The notes: generated by a model not told the origin, from the sequence alone. A DNA stretch of 64,000 nt from Lingula anatina (GCA_051362555.1 CM120649.1:2294001-2358000); one strand, 5' to 3'. Positions 1-12,528 are shown, numbered from the stretch's first letter. Numbers and translations are program-made.

Positions 1-103
1 ATATGTCTATAGATAAATAGACAAACATTCTCAAGGCTGATTACATGGCTGGTAATTACTTGCATAACTGCTCAGGTACTGCCACTTAGCAGGTCCAGTC
101 TAA

Positions 104-330
104 GGGTGCTTTCCCAGAGATTTAGATCGATCTAAAGATTAAGTTTTAGATCGACCTAACTCCCTGGGGGTTCAGGCTAAATTGCAGTCAGCCGAGCGGA
201 CACCATAGTTAATTGCCCCCTTACAGCTTTTAGTAGGCGGGACAGACGCTTAAGCCGGCCAAGCTGACAGTAAATCTAGTGAGACTCCCCACAGGGATAG
301 ATCGATCTAAAAATCTATGGAAATGGGGTG
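104..330. mobile_element. PIF/Harbinger-like MITE, family A (copy 1)
   Basis: Imperfect TIRs (GGGTGCTTTCCCAGAGATTTAGATCGA ... TCGATCTAAAAATCTATGGAAATGGGGTG) flanked by TAA at 101-103 and 331-333. The internal sequence recurs at 11533, 20440 and 59134. Confidence 0.8.
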
Positions 331-350
331 TAAGCAATCAAGAGAGTTAA

Positions 351-941
351 TACCCCGTTCACACTACAATCTGAAATATCCGAATTTTTGCAATGCGAAT
401 TACGGGTGAAAAATCCGATTCGGTTGTCTGGCCACACACAGCAAAAGGGACACCGAATCGTGCACTGAAAATTCAGGTGGAGGTTCCGGTTTGAAGAATC
501 GCGCATGCGCAGAATCCATGAGAACAAAAAATGGCGCCAATCATTGCTCTTCTCGCACTCAGTTATTTTTCTCGTGTGTTTGTTTTTAGAACATCAAATT
601 TAACCCAAAAGTCGTCAAAAGGAAGAATTAAGTAAGAACAGGAAGAATTTGACGGATACAAGAAGGAGACTAGCCGGGTTTCGATGGAGAGTGTGGGTCC
701 ACTGACCTAGCTGGCATGTTGCTTTTCTTTACCGCGAGATTTGCTAGTGCATGCGCAGTGCGATCTAAACAGGTGGCCCTTCCGGTAAAGTAACCGAATC
801 GCTGGAGAGAATCCAGCTCGCCAGTAGGATTTTTGGAAACCGGTTTACAAAAATCCTCATGCGTTCAGACTACCGCAATAATTCGAATCTTGACCTAATT
901 CGCTATTTAACCGGTTAAATGACTGCAGTGTGAACGGGGTA
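351..941. mobile_element. Non-autonomous TIR DNA transposon (Harbinger-like MITE)
   Basis: Terminal inverted repeat TACCCCGTTCACACT ... AGTGTGAACGGGGTA; no credible coding capacity. Superfamily is inferred from the terminus style. Confidence 0.7.
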
Positions 942-948
942 TATATAT

Positions 949-1172
949 GACTCCGTTCACATGAAAAATATATTTTCTAAAAATCTATTTTCTATTCGCG
1001 GTATCTTGTGATCACTCCGAGCGCAGCCGAGGATTAATTGCAGCTTTGGAAGTAACTGGCTCGCGCTGCCAGTAATTACGCCGCGGGATATTCAGGGCAC
1101 AGACCGTGATCACAAGATACCGCGATTAGAAAATAGATTTTTAGAGAATAGATTTTTCATGTGAACGAAGCC
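949..1172. mobile_element. Palindromic MITE with ~65-bp TIRs
   Basis: GACTCCGTTCACATGAAAAATATATTTTCTAAAAATCTATTTTCTATTCGCGGTATCTTGTGATCAC is mirrored by GTGATCACAAGATACCGCGATTAGAAAATAGATTTTTAGAGAATAGATTTTTCATGTGAACGAAGCC. Confidence 0.8.
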
Positions 1173-1504
1173 TAATATTGCTCTGACTTTAATCACTTGC
1201 TCTTCTGTGACAGATAATAATAGCCCCTTATGGATAGCTAATTATTACTTCAGAGTGAGGCTAACTGAGAAATCCCCTGTAGTAGCTCTAGAGGTATAAT
1301 TACTGGTGCAGTAAATAATTTTATAAGAAGTACTAAAGCTATCAAAAGAAAGAGTCAATGCACCACTGATAATGATATTATGAATTCAAACTATTGTTGT
1401 ACCACGACCGTACATAGAACATCGACGCTGCACTTCGTAGTCCTACTACCCGCGAACACTGTATCTACAGCATATCATAACTGCGGTAGACGTTTTTCAA
1501 AGAG

Positions 1505-1547
1505 TTTTTTTCTTTTATCTTTTCTTTTTTTTCTTTCTTTCTTTCTT

Positions 1548-1593
<46 letters not shown>
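1505..1593. repeat. (TTTC)n / poly-T tract
   Basis: Directly visible low-complexity run. Confidence 0.9.
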
Positions 1594-1595
<2 letters not shown>

Positions 1596-1769
1596 GCACG
1601 CGGGCAGAATTAATTGTTTCCTTCTGGCCAAACGTAACAGGGTCGCTTCAGCCAAAAACGTCCACAATAATAACTGAGGTCCTAGTAGCTAAGTCAATTG
1701 GGGAAAAAACAAAAGCCTGACTTATAAGTTAACAGAAACAATACTGTTTAAAGAGATTTCCTCGGGATA

Positions 1770-2005
1770 TAATAAAACAACGTACATTGCACTCAACTCT
1801 TGCTGGGAACTCTCTCTCTGTTTTAATTGGTGTCAGGCTGCGTGGGACAAAACCTACTTCGTAGCTATTTACTGCTTGAACAAGCTTGTACACGATTTTG
1901 CAAATGGGTGACAACCAGTATTTAGTGTTCATTTGTATACGCTGGTTTGATTTCTCTTTAGTTTCAGAGCGTGGCACCTTCGAAATACTAAGATATACTG
2001 GTAAA
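1770..2005. repeat. Dispersed repeat, second copy at ~5950-6165
   Basis: Shared core GACAAAACCTACTTCGTAGCTAT(T/C)TACTGCTT ... ATGGGTGACAAC ... TTTGTATACGC in the same orientation at both sites. Confidence 0.7.
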
Positions 2006-2193
2006 ATGAATGCCATCGATTAAAAAAACAAAACAAAACAATAAATGGTATGTTTAGAATCATGGTCGATTAATTCTGGTTTTCCTGTTTTCATCAGTGC
2101 ATACTGTCGCACACCTTGAAAACGGGTAGTGTGGTCCGATCTACCGGTGAATTCGAGGTAATTGAATTAGATTCTGGTAGTTGGGTCGGCCTG

Positions 2194-2340
2194 GGCCCCG
2201 TATCTCGAAAGCATCGCGCATTGCGACCGTGCGCAAGCGTCTCGATTCCATAACTCGCCCATACTCGTCCCATATAATACATTGTAGCCTCTATTTGATA
2301 TAGCGATTCGCAATACGCGATGCTTTCGAGATACGGGGCC
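2194..2340. mobile_element. MITE with CTG target-site duplication (Harbinger-like)
   Basis: TIRs GGCCCCGTATCTCGAAAGCATCGCG / CGCGATGCTTTCGAGATACGGGGCC, with CTG on both flanks (2191-2193, 2341-2343). Confidence 0.8.
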
Positions 2341-3002
2341 CTGCTCTCTCTGCTGGCAAATTTAACTGATTTGTAATTGTTGTGATAGAACATTATGTCT
2401 ATATTTGTAGACCTAATCTAAACTTTTCGTTTCTGTTAACATGTAGAATTTGGTTGGATTTTATAACGGGAAACATTCAAATTATCGAAAAACAACTTAC
2501 AGATTAATTATAATGAAAGTCCCATTTTCGATATATGTAACCTCACATATATACAAATGTATTTAAATAAAATTCAAACCTCACAGCCGCAGCAGACGCG
2601 CTGTATGCACTCAGACAGTGGTCTCCCAAGGAGTGAACAAGAAGAAAAAAACTTTTTCCAGTATGGATTTTGGAACTATTCAAAAAGCAACCACTACAGA
2701 CTTTACTTATCTTATATTTATTATAATAAATGACCATAAATGACATAAATGACCCAAATACCGATTTCAACATTTATAGAAAATAAACTCTACTGGTCTC
2801 TCTAGTTCAATAAATGTCAATCAAAATAAATCAAGAAATACGACATACATAGTAACTCCCACTCGAGCCACGTGCAAACCCATAACGGAAAAAAAAGTGT
2901 AACATTGTTCAGACAACGTTATCCATTTCAATGCAACTTATCAGAGTTAAGGCACCCAACAAAATATAACAACACTGTCAACGTTAATGTGGATATCTGC
3001 AT

Positions 3003-4213
3003 CTAAAAATATTTGTGCCAAAAATACATGACCTTCTCCACCGCGTCTTGGGTATTATTTGCAAGATAAACGGTATCTAGCAACGATGGTGACTCCCAGG
3101 TTCCGAAGAAGAATTCCTGTTTGTTCGTTTTGCTGTTCAGTAACACTGACGGTTTGCCCAACAGGATACTCAGTATGTGCCCATGTAGGCGGTCCGTTAA
3201 CACGACTCTTCCACGTGACAGCAAGGCCAGCCCCATTACTGCTTGGTCCAATGAATCCTCAAGAAAGTACTGTACAGAATAGGTAGAGGGATGTTTGACC
3301 GCGCTGGTAACCCGCTCTGGCCAATCAACGACTAGAACTGATGTGTTGCTACGGAACACTGGAACATTTTTCAATTTACTTGGAATTTCCCAATCTCTTC
3401 TCTTCAAACAGACGATGTCGAACGATGGGATGTAGCTGTCGAAATTCTGAAATCCGACTGCAAACGCAGCGTCTGGTACAAGTTCAATGGCAGTGTTCCG
3501 AAAATATTGTTTCGTCACGGAAAAAGAAGGACCATCCCGAAGTGTGATCACGGAGTCCGCGTGCCCGTCAAAGAGTCTTGCCCACTCCCTAATATAGCCA
3601 CACCTACTGTGGACAAGTACACACGAACTCACAGGAAACATGAGAATCCGATTATTGGGAAAGGCTTGAAATGCTTCTTTCAGATATTTCAAGTCAGAAC
3701 CAAGGTATCCTCCCCCAGGGATCAGAATGACCAGATCTTGACCTCGTTTCACCTTGCTGAAGTCGCAGCGCGGCATAGAAGGGCAAATACAAATGTACAC
3801 ATGTAGTCAATGCTAGTTATGTTAAACCAGGATAAGATCGTCCTCTCTCCCCAGAGAATAAAACGGTCTCCAATGTTACTTGTGTCGAACACATTCACCA
3901 AAACTGCCCGCTTGAATCCGGTGAGGTATTTCTTGAAGACTTGGTACTGGCGTCTCTGCATGTCACTGATGAAGATTTTATAAGGCCGTGCGCGGTCCGC
4001 GGTGGATATATCCTTCTGGGAAATGCTCATTTTCTTGCCACGTGTTGATTCAAAACCCAACAGGGTGTCCCGACCAAGTGATGAAAAAAACCAAGATGAG
4101 GGATACCGCTGCCCTGATGTTCTAACTGTTTCATGTCGAAGGCTTTGAGCCAGGAAAACCAAAATGGCCGCGGCGCTTACTGCTATTGCCAGTTTTCGGG
4201 ACCGCAAAGGCAT
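3003..4213 (-). pseudogene. Polysaccharide pyruvyl transferase family (Pvg1-like), type II membrane, intronless, one frameshift
   Basis: ORF 3749-4264 gives a signal anchor (MPLRSRKLAIAVSAAAILVFLA, ATG at 4213) and the SNIGD motif. ORF 3003-3800 gives GGG, LRDxxSF, VPDAAF and TDRLHGHILSILLGKP, typical of PS_pyruv_trans (PF04230). Removing 8 nt at 3798-3805 joins the two into one 400-aa frame. It could be a null allele or an assembly error rather than a fixed pseudogene. Confidence 0.85.
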
Positions 4214-4489
4214 GGTCCTGATTCTTCGGAAAATAATGAAGATAACGGAAAAAATGATCCTCATGTCTCTCTTTTTTCACCTTAGATTTTCTTACAACAA
4301 ATCTGCCTTTGGAATAAGTGAAGATAACTTCAACACTCAGACACAACAAAAATTCACTAAAAGGTCTGGCAGACAATGACTAGACTAATCATAATATTAC
4401 GACGGTGCGATTTCAATAGTTTGCATACCCGAGGGGTGTTTTTAGCGTGTTTAAATACAAATCAATGCGCACTTCATGTTGTCATTTAA

Positions 4490-4825
4490 AGGGATAATAA
4501 CTCTTCGTTTTGGCCAAAAAATGAATTTTGTCTGGAGTAAACAATAATTTTTCCATACTTAGCATTGGTTAATGAATCCATTTTTACATTCAAAGTTAGT
4601 CCCTGTTTTTTTCTAAAAGTTTGTATTTTTGTTATAATCTATTAAAGATTATGACAGAGCATAGCCACCAGTGGAGGTCACGTGGTCTAAAGACAAGCTC
4701 AGATGTCAGAATAATAGCTATAACTGCCGTTTTTTGTGGTACAACAGAATATATTATACTTCTATGAGTTGTTCACAATGTTTTTATTGTGAAATACAGA
4801 TCTCATACGAAGAGTTCTGATACCT
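4490..4825. mobile_element. Non-autonomous Kolobok-like DNA transposon
   Basis: TTAA on both flanks (4486-4489, 4826-4829) and imperfect 19-bp TIRs AGGGATAATAACTCTTCGT / ACGAAGAGTTCTGATACCT. A TTAA TSD with purine-purine termini fits Kolobok. Confidence 0.65.
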
Positions 4826-5637
4826 TTAAATACGCAAGAAACTGGGTGATTTCATAAGCTCAAAATTGTGTATCTAACGGATGTCAAATACGATATAAAT
4901 AAGTACTTCTTTATGCGAGGTGTGACAGAGGGGGGGTGTCAGATCAACAATACAAACTGCACAGCCTCGAACAATTAAGTAACCCTCAGAGATTAACCAG
5001 TAGATTATTCAAAACACCCGAAACACGTAAACCTAAATAACAGCCGCTGTATACTATATGTGGAACCCATATGGTTTGGAAGAAGTGTGGAAGAATCTGC
5101 ATTACAAGAGAGAGGCGCTTTTAAGGTGTGAGGTTGTGTGTGTGTGCGCGTGCGCGCGTGTGTTTGGAGGAGGAATTTAATCACCCAATGGGTGGTACAA
5201 TGAATACTTTCGAGCACCACAGGAGGGGCAAGAGCCTGATTCAGAAAGAAGCTAAAGTAAAAAGGCCTTCCTATTGGTTAAAAGGTATAATATTGTTCCG
5301 CAAAGACAAAGAGTTATGTTTTCTCTACTAACGGTAAAACGGTAAATTTAGGTCTTCGATATTTATTTTCTATAACTTTTCAAAACAAATTTTTGTAACC
5401 AGAAAATACGCTCTCAATTATGGAAATCGTTTGAAACGACATCAAGGGACACCTTGTAGGCTATAAACCCCGTCCATTTCAAAGGTCATATCAATATTTC
5501 AACTCTCTTCTGACGGAGAGCTATAAAACGTGCTGCTGCTTTCAGAGCTCCAAGCGAAAAATATGGTTGATGTTGAATTGAAAGCGGTACATTTTGGCCC
5601 CCGTATCGTGTGCATGGTGTACACAGCAGTTGAGGCA

Positions 5638-5668
<31 letters not shown>

Positions 5669-5949
5669 GATAATACCCAGTACTAACACAGAGTTAAGGC
5701 GTGTCGTTTTGGTTCCCATTACCCAGGACGCAATACTGCCGTCCTATAGCCTCTACCAGGGTCACAGATGGATTTTTTTCACTACATATTTACAGATGTG
5801 TCTCTAACTAATTCATGACAATGTTCCTTGCTGGAGAAAAGCGCACTTACAGGTAATAAATCTGCCGCCCTGGTAGCTGTATCAATTTGGCAGTGGTAAA
5901 TGATAACAGAGTTCCAAATTGTGGTAAAAAGATCTTTACTGGGTATGAT

Positions 5950-6165
5950 GAAACAAGGTTGCGTCCCCCCAACCTCTTTCTGACCGTTCTCTCCGTTTTA
6001 AAAGGTGTCGGGCAGTGTAAGACAAAACCTACTTCGTAGCTATCTACTGCTTTTACTGTACGTGCTTCTCCACGTTTTTGATAATGGGTGACAACTATTT
6101 GTATACGCCGGTGTAATTTCTTTGAAGAACGTGACACCTTTGAGTACTTCAATTATACTGGGTAC
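5950..6165. repeat. Dispersed repeat, paralog of ~1770-2005
   Basis: Same core sequence as 1770-2005; boundaries approximate. Confidence 0.7.
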
Positions 6166-6355
6166 TGGCACAAATGCATGCTGTTGATTAGGCCTATTCT
6201 TGAAAGCCTTAGTTCAGATTTTATCAATGGGCCATCTTAATTAGGGGCTCATATCTTCATAACAGGAAAGAAAAGCGATTGTACTGGACATCTCTGCCGA
6301 TGTCCATACCCATTCCCGTGATAGCATCTTGTTCAGGACACAATAGCATGTAAAA

Positions 6356-6620
6356 GACTAGAAATACTCAGAGAGCGCAGACCTCCGCCAAGGCAGCTAA
6401 ATCTCCATCCAATGTCGTTTCACCCCTAAATTTTTGATATTTTTAATTATTGATTGATTATTGATCCGGATCATCCCTATAAACTAATAATCTGTTTCGT
6501 GGCCCATTTCTGACGGTTCCTGAAAATTTCATCAAAATCGGTCCATAACCTTTCGAGTTATGCTGATGACAGACAGACAAAGAGGGGTGAAAACATAACC
6601 TTCTTGGCGGGGGTAAATAT
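6356..6620. mobile_element. Non-autonomous Helentron/DINE-1-like (HINE) element
   Basis: Subterminal inverted repeats ACCTCCGCCAAG (6381) and CTTGGCGGGGGT (6603), a terminal hairpin ACCTTCTTGGCGGGGGT, and an internal GACA microsatellite. This is the usual architecture of these elements. Confidence 0.65.
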
Positions 6621-7616
6621 AGCCTGTGAGAGCTGTGACGATGTGACCGGTGCATGTGAAATGTGTCGCCAGTCGCTACTATCGCAATACCCCCCCCCCC
6701 CAGCCCCCGGTACATTAGGACCTCTACAAGTTGTCTCAGTCGTCTGCTCTCATAAAATGAATAAACGCAGGTGTCGATGTGCTGAATGACACGATACGTG
6801 TCACGATAGTTTACCTCGTGCAAATGTCTCTTTAGAAAATGTGTTTTTTTGTTTCAGTTTCAGCATTTAGTTAGGCCATGAAGGCTACACAAAAAGGATC
6901 TTTACGTCGTGAAAAATAAGCAAGGCTAACATAAATGTACTTCTTCACCCTTACTATGTGAATTTTGCTTGATTTTGCAATTAGAGTGTCTTATATCAAA
7001 GCCTTTTTATAAGTGCTTCAATGTCTGCCATCACCTGATAATCTAGATTTGGAATAAAATATAAAACATTGAACGAAAAAAAACATACACAAGTAGGCGC
7101 GAGGTCTTGACAACTGCGTGGATATTTACCCTCAGAGTTCATCGAGGTCGCGAGCCTCGCATCACCTGGGCCAAATCGTCTGCTACGTTCCGGGAATGTG
7201 AGAGAGAGTTCAACCAGCAGACGAGAACCTGTAAATAATAATGGTATTTCGTATCGGCATATTTATCAAGAGAATGCGCGCCTGGCATGCATATATTTTT
7301 TTTACTGGAAATAAGAGAAATAAAATACTGTCTATTTCAGAAACAAAAACAGACGACCTACCACAATCTGGCTCGGCATCACAGAGAAATTGCTTACCAA
7401 GACAAGCCGAATAAAAAATCTTCCAGGAATGCAAAAAAAGAGGGTCTTCGTCAGGTAATAGCTCCAGGTGTTGTTTTTATTGATAGCGGCACATTTTTCA
7501 TGCGTTCTTTTTTTGTGATCAGCTCAGGAGGACGACCCGCTACGCACTCGGGCTTTCACCTCTAAATTGTTTTACCTATGACGCAAGCATTCCCATCAGG
7601 GTCAGGCACGACCACC

Positions 7617-7619
7617 TAT

Positions 7620-7662
<43 letters not shown>
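7617..7662. repeat. (TATT)n microsatellite
   Basis: Directly visible. Confidence 0.9.
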
Positions 7663-8599
7663 TTTTTGTGCGAAGGAGTGAAATGCTTTTCTGAAACAGC
7701 AGACAATGACTGATTATTGTAACATCTTCTGGTATTATTTTGCCACCATCAGTCCTCATATACACTGATTTTACTAACTGTGAACATGAGAGTTTCCGTC
7801 CGTGTGTATAAAACAGCTTACCATATTTCGTAAAGGAAAGAAAACGGTATCGTGCAATTTTGAAGCAAATCACCCGCAGGGCATTGCGGCCAGGTGATAC
7901 ATTGTGACAGAAAACCCACCTGAGTGCCCTGGTATTATGTCGGGTGAAATGCTGTACACTAGAGGAAAAACATGGAAAGTTTTTTTTTTTTTTTGTGTGT
8001 TTCGTTTTTTTACGATGGTTGACTAAAGTTCTTTAATTGTATATAAAAACAATATGAATATAGATACGTACATACTGGTCTACTAGTATTTGTATATACA
8101 CCAAGCTTGTTAACCACCAAACCATTGTGACGTCACATAGGCCTATACCCGTATGTATAGAAATCAAAACAAATTAATTATGTATTACCCACAGCAAACA
8201 TGGAGCTAGCTCGATGAGTGCCATGATGTTGAATACGCTCCCATCTTTTTTTTTTGCTCTCTCTCTCTTTTATTTCACATCTCTCTCTCATTCTCTCTCT
8301 CGCTCTCTCTCTCTCTTACAACAAAGATGATTTATGGAGGATGACCAAACTGTATATTATAAATATGCACATGAATGTTTACCAAGTACAGTGCTTGTTG
8401 ATTTCCGTGTATCACGTATCACGTAGCCAGTACGACAAACAATAAAACAGTGAGGGGACATTAATTACAGAATTAGCTAAACTTGTTTTAAGACTGACTT
8501 CAGGGTGTATGGGGTTAACTGTATCAAGAAAACGTCCATATCCAGATGTTATTCCACAATACACCGTCCAGGGATATACCCGTACATATCAGAAATATT

Positions 8600-9261
8600 A
8601 AATCAACTAAGTCATGTACTTCCTGGAGATATTTTATAACGGATTTGGCAAATCCGGTGTCGGATTCCCCTAATACATGTAGACATACATGTACACTGTA
8701 TCAAATATATATTACGATAATGCCATAAGCATATTCGGCTGCATATTACGGATATTACCCAAACGTACCCTGCCATCGCATCAATAATACAAAAGCTGTC
8801 TTGGGAATATTCCCACATGATAAAGCTCAGTCCTTCTCACTGTGGATTTCTGTACTGGTGATAGAAAAAACATGCAGCAGTATATAGTATCATCACCATA
8901 TCACAGTCACACATAACAGCAGCTATTTGATATAACCTTGTTTGTAAGCAGTAATTTTGTTTCCTTGTCGCTGTACGTTTTTCTCTCTCCCCACACCCCT
9001 ACCCTCGATTTATATGAAAGTTGCCGCCATTGCTCTCCGACATAAGTTTATATAACTTTTGAAAAAAGTGATAACGTGGTAATTATCACAACTAATTAAA
9101 AACACTTATTACCACCTTCACCGGTGAATCCAGGGTCCTGCTGAAGGGGGTAAAGGGGTGAAGGGGGTGTAGCAAAGGGTTTTTTTTTCAAAAACGAAAT
9201 ACGTATGACACAGGGGTATCTGGTTTTACTCGTTTCACTAGTTATTTTCTTTTAATTGGAA

Positions 9262-9294
<33 letters not shown>

Positions 9295-11319
9295 GGCAAG
9301 GGGAAGAAGTTCACATATCAGTATGGCTTAACATAGAGGAATCAATAGCATAATTTACTCACCAAGGATCTTACTTCTTAATTTCTCTCAGAATCCTAAA
9401 AGCAGATACAGGTCTGGAGTTATCAGCCTATTAACCTGCTAGTAGTCGGTACCACGAACTTATTCGACGGTGCATAGTTCCTCTTAATTTTGTTCCAGCA
9501 CATATACCCAATGCGTATTGAGCGTGTAAGCTGCCGCGTGCACGCCTCCCGCCATATATCACGAGCCGTTACTTGGTAACCGACCGGGAACCCGTTGTGT
9601 TGGGGTATTGATCAGTCTAGAGCACTTTCCTGTCCCGGAGCTATAGTTATATACAGACGTCAAAACAGACGGCCTTGTTGTATGGTTCAGATAGCGTGTG
9701 TGTGTGTGTAGGCGCTTAAAGTTTCACGTTTTCCTTGTAGGTATTTTATTGTTACGACTGACCCCAAGAGGACACAATAACAGTCCTGGGGGGGGGGGGG
9801 GAGGTTGGCAGCAAGCGCTTGCTACAAGTAAAAAAGTTGCCGGAGTATACTGTTCTGTCCCCTCTCTTCCCTCCCCCGTCCTTCAAAAAAAATCTCTATC
9901 ATGATGGAATCGAAACAAAACCAAGCAATCTTGGTTCCCGGTTCTCTACATATTAAAGCAAAATTGTACCAGTCTACTGTTTAATATTTGGCGCCGCTTT
10001 GCTTGGCATGTTTTCATACTTGCCCCCCCCCCCTCCCCCCCCCCCCCCCCCCACTCCCTCACTCCCTCCTCTCCAAAGCAAAAGCCTGTACCGGTATTTG
10101 TCAGTGAGGGTTCTCTCTGTGCTATTCATAGTACATGTACATGTATCAGGAAAAATTACCTTCTAGATTCCAAAATACAGAGTGAGAAAATATAATCCTT
10201 TAAATAGTCTCTCAGTGTAGAAGCAATTTTGCTCAGACAGATTGTTCTCGTGTGAATTAGAGTTTGAGATATTGTTCTATAATACACTTGTGAAGTACAG
10301 TCTGTTTCTTCCTCACCGGGAGAATAAGGTGGATTCAGCTGTGTTTCATCTTCCTAACTTGTGAAAGCAGATATAGTCAAAGCGTTGCATTTTTTTCCTT
10401 TTGTAAATGGATAATGCTTGGGTATGAGACTGGAAACAATTGAAAAATGCAGATTGAAGACGAATTTTGTATTTGGTGTGTCGAAATAGCACAATATAGT
10501 AGAATGTTAGGAACTGAAACGTTTTCATACAGGCACTGATAAATAGTTCAGACTGTGTCCTTCTCTACCACATGTCTAATTTTTTCAAAATTATACCGTT
10601 AACACTTTCCTTTGGAAGACATACATGTATACAAGTGTCTTCTCTGCCATCAAATACGCGTTACAAATATATTTAGTTTGAAGGGTAAATCACCCGGAGA
10701 TACCTGAAACACAGGGTAAAAAAAGTGACCCTATGTGTCCTGAGGGAAAAAAATCCCCTTATGAGACATTATTGGATGAAAAATTGAATAAGAATAATTT
10801 CTTCACCATGGAGTATTTCTATCAATGCACAGCAAGCTTCTTTCCCAGGAATCATATTTGTCTGTAAAGCAATTCTTATGGAACGCATTTAGTAGCTATT
10901 ATTTACCTACCAGGCGAGTGTTTCGATTTATCCACAATGTTTTCTTTTTGCATCAACAGAACGGTTGTAAAATACAAAAATCATTTCACTTTTGAAACAA
11001 AATTAAAATGATGACTTACACGTACATGTAAACTGCTGTCAAATGTCATCATTTTTAATTTTTATGGGGGGGGGGTCTGGATGAATTGTACTCTTTGTAG
11101 ACTTTGTAGACTAGAAAATGATAATAAAATGTATGACCCTTAATTAATCCATCGTAGCTCGAAAAAAATCATTTTAAATTTCGATTTTTTGAAACAAAGA
11201 AAGGAAAAAATCCAGTTGCGTGTACTTTGTCTTGCATAACAACTCGTGATCAATATTTACGGTTTTTCTTATGCTGACTCGATCATCTGGGTTCCGCTGC
11301 GTTCTTCCGGACTCTAAAC
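8600..11319 (-). pseudogene. Decayed multi-exon glycosyltransferase remnant, GT32 (Gly_transf_sug / alpha-1,4-glycosyltransferase)-like
   Basis: Minus-strand AG/GT-bounded segments: 11319-11261, 10861-10807 (DKYDSWERSLLCIDRNTPW), 10703-10597 (YLRVIYPSN*IYL*RVFDGREDTC..CLPKESVN) and one from 10513 (VPNI.YYI..YFDTPNTKFVF...SIVSS). The last three splice in consistent phase into a VPNI(V)HY-like GT32 start. Further weak pieces lie at ~9640-9363 (RLVIYGG) and ~8850-8650. Several stops and frameshifts; the left boundary is approximate. Confidence 0.45.
9263..9293. repeat. poly-G tract (poly-C tract also at ~10023-10052)
   Basis: Directly visible homopolymers. Confidence 0.9.
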
Positions 11320-11532
11320 CTGCAGCAGGGAAAACATCCGTCGATTATATTTGTTGTTAGTATTGTTTTGATATGAAAACAATTGAAAGCAGTTGATGAA
11401 AGAGACCTTAGAAAAGTTATATAGAAGTTATTCAAAGAAATTGAAGCTCTCACTCAGAGAGAGTGTATGTGTCTGCCCCGTTCATTTTCCCTGTTACTGC
11501 ATGTACAACGTGAGAACCCTCCCTTACTCCAA

Positions 11533-11783
11533 GGGTGCATTCCCATAGATTTTAGATCGATCTATCCCCGTGGGGAGTCTTACTAGATTACTGTCAGATA
11601 ATCCGGCTTAAATGTCCGTCCCGCCTTCTACAATTAAGCTGTAAGGGGGTAATTAAATTTTGTGCCCGCTCGGCTGACAGCTCTTTAGCGTGACCCCCCA
11701 GGGAGTTAGGTCGATCTAGTTGGATTGATCTAATCCCTGGGAATGGGGTCTTAGATCGACCTAAAATCTATGGGAATGCGCCC
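11533..11783. mobile_element. PIF/Harbinger-like MITE, family A (copy 2, inverted, with extra terminal fragment)
   Basis: Reverse complement of the 104-330 element, ending GGGAATGGGGTC at 11750, followed by TTA and a second terminal fragment to 11783. Confidence 0.8.
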
Positions 11784-12324
11784 TTATACGTGTACAGAGC
11801 CCAGTCGAGAAACATGGCTGCATGGCGTTGGGGTTCTATATGTAAATAATGCCATGCTGTCCAAACTTCCGTACTGAAATAAAATCATCAGTAGCGTGAT
11901 TATTCTGTGGCTCGTTTCTACGTCTACCATATATATATATATAATTTGAACTGATAAGGTGTGAAATATATATTATCTAAAGCTACTTATACATGTACAT
12001 GATAAATTCCAATGTGTGAATACCATCATTTATCTACTGAGACAAAGACCCTAACATTTCCACTTCCAATGATTGAGTTAATTACATCAAGGTTTTAAAA
12101 TATAATTGACAATTATTTTCCAATATCGTAGTCCCTGACAACCTGACCTAAAGTGGACAGATATGTACAATCAATGTATTCCAAGTATTGCGTCAAACTT
12201 TTTGTTATCTAGGTAAAATCAGTTTGCAATCTGGCCACTCGAGCATCTCCGGGAGCATCTAAAAGTAATTAATCATTCATTATTTTGATAGATTTAGAAT
12301 GTGCGTGTCCTGTGTGAGAGCCTG

Positions 12325-12490
12325 GCCCCAGTTTCACATGTACAAAAAGGTCAATTCCCTGGTTTAGTTGACTAGGATTTCCCCGAGAGTGCTGTTACAA
12401 TGCTCCTGATAGGGTAAGATGTGTCCATGTGACCATGTGATAGTGGTAAATAAGTTTTTAGCCTGACGTAAGTGTTTTTGTGAAACCGGC
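12325..12490. mobile_element. MITE with CTG target-site duplication
   Basis: GCCCCAGTTTCAC[ATGTAC]AAAAA ... TTTTTGTGAAACCGGC with CTG on both flanks; the left TIR carries a 6-nt insertion. Confidence 0.6.
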
Positions 12491-12528
12491 CTGGTCTTAC
12501 AAGTGAACAATCTTGCTTCGAGACGGTC

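Noticed and set aside
1380-1613. Phe-rich or IY-repeat ORFs (also 18663, 25041, 33996, 63248)
   Set aside because: Translations of poly-T, poly-A or (TA)n microsatellites.
7090-7960. Possible transposon relic with short inverted motifs
   Set aside because: No clear termini, TSD or recognisable transposase frame.
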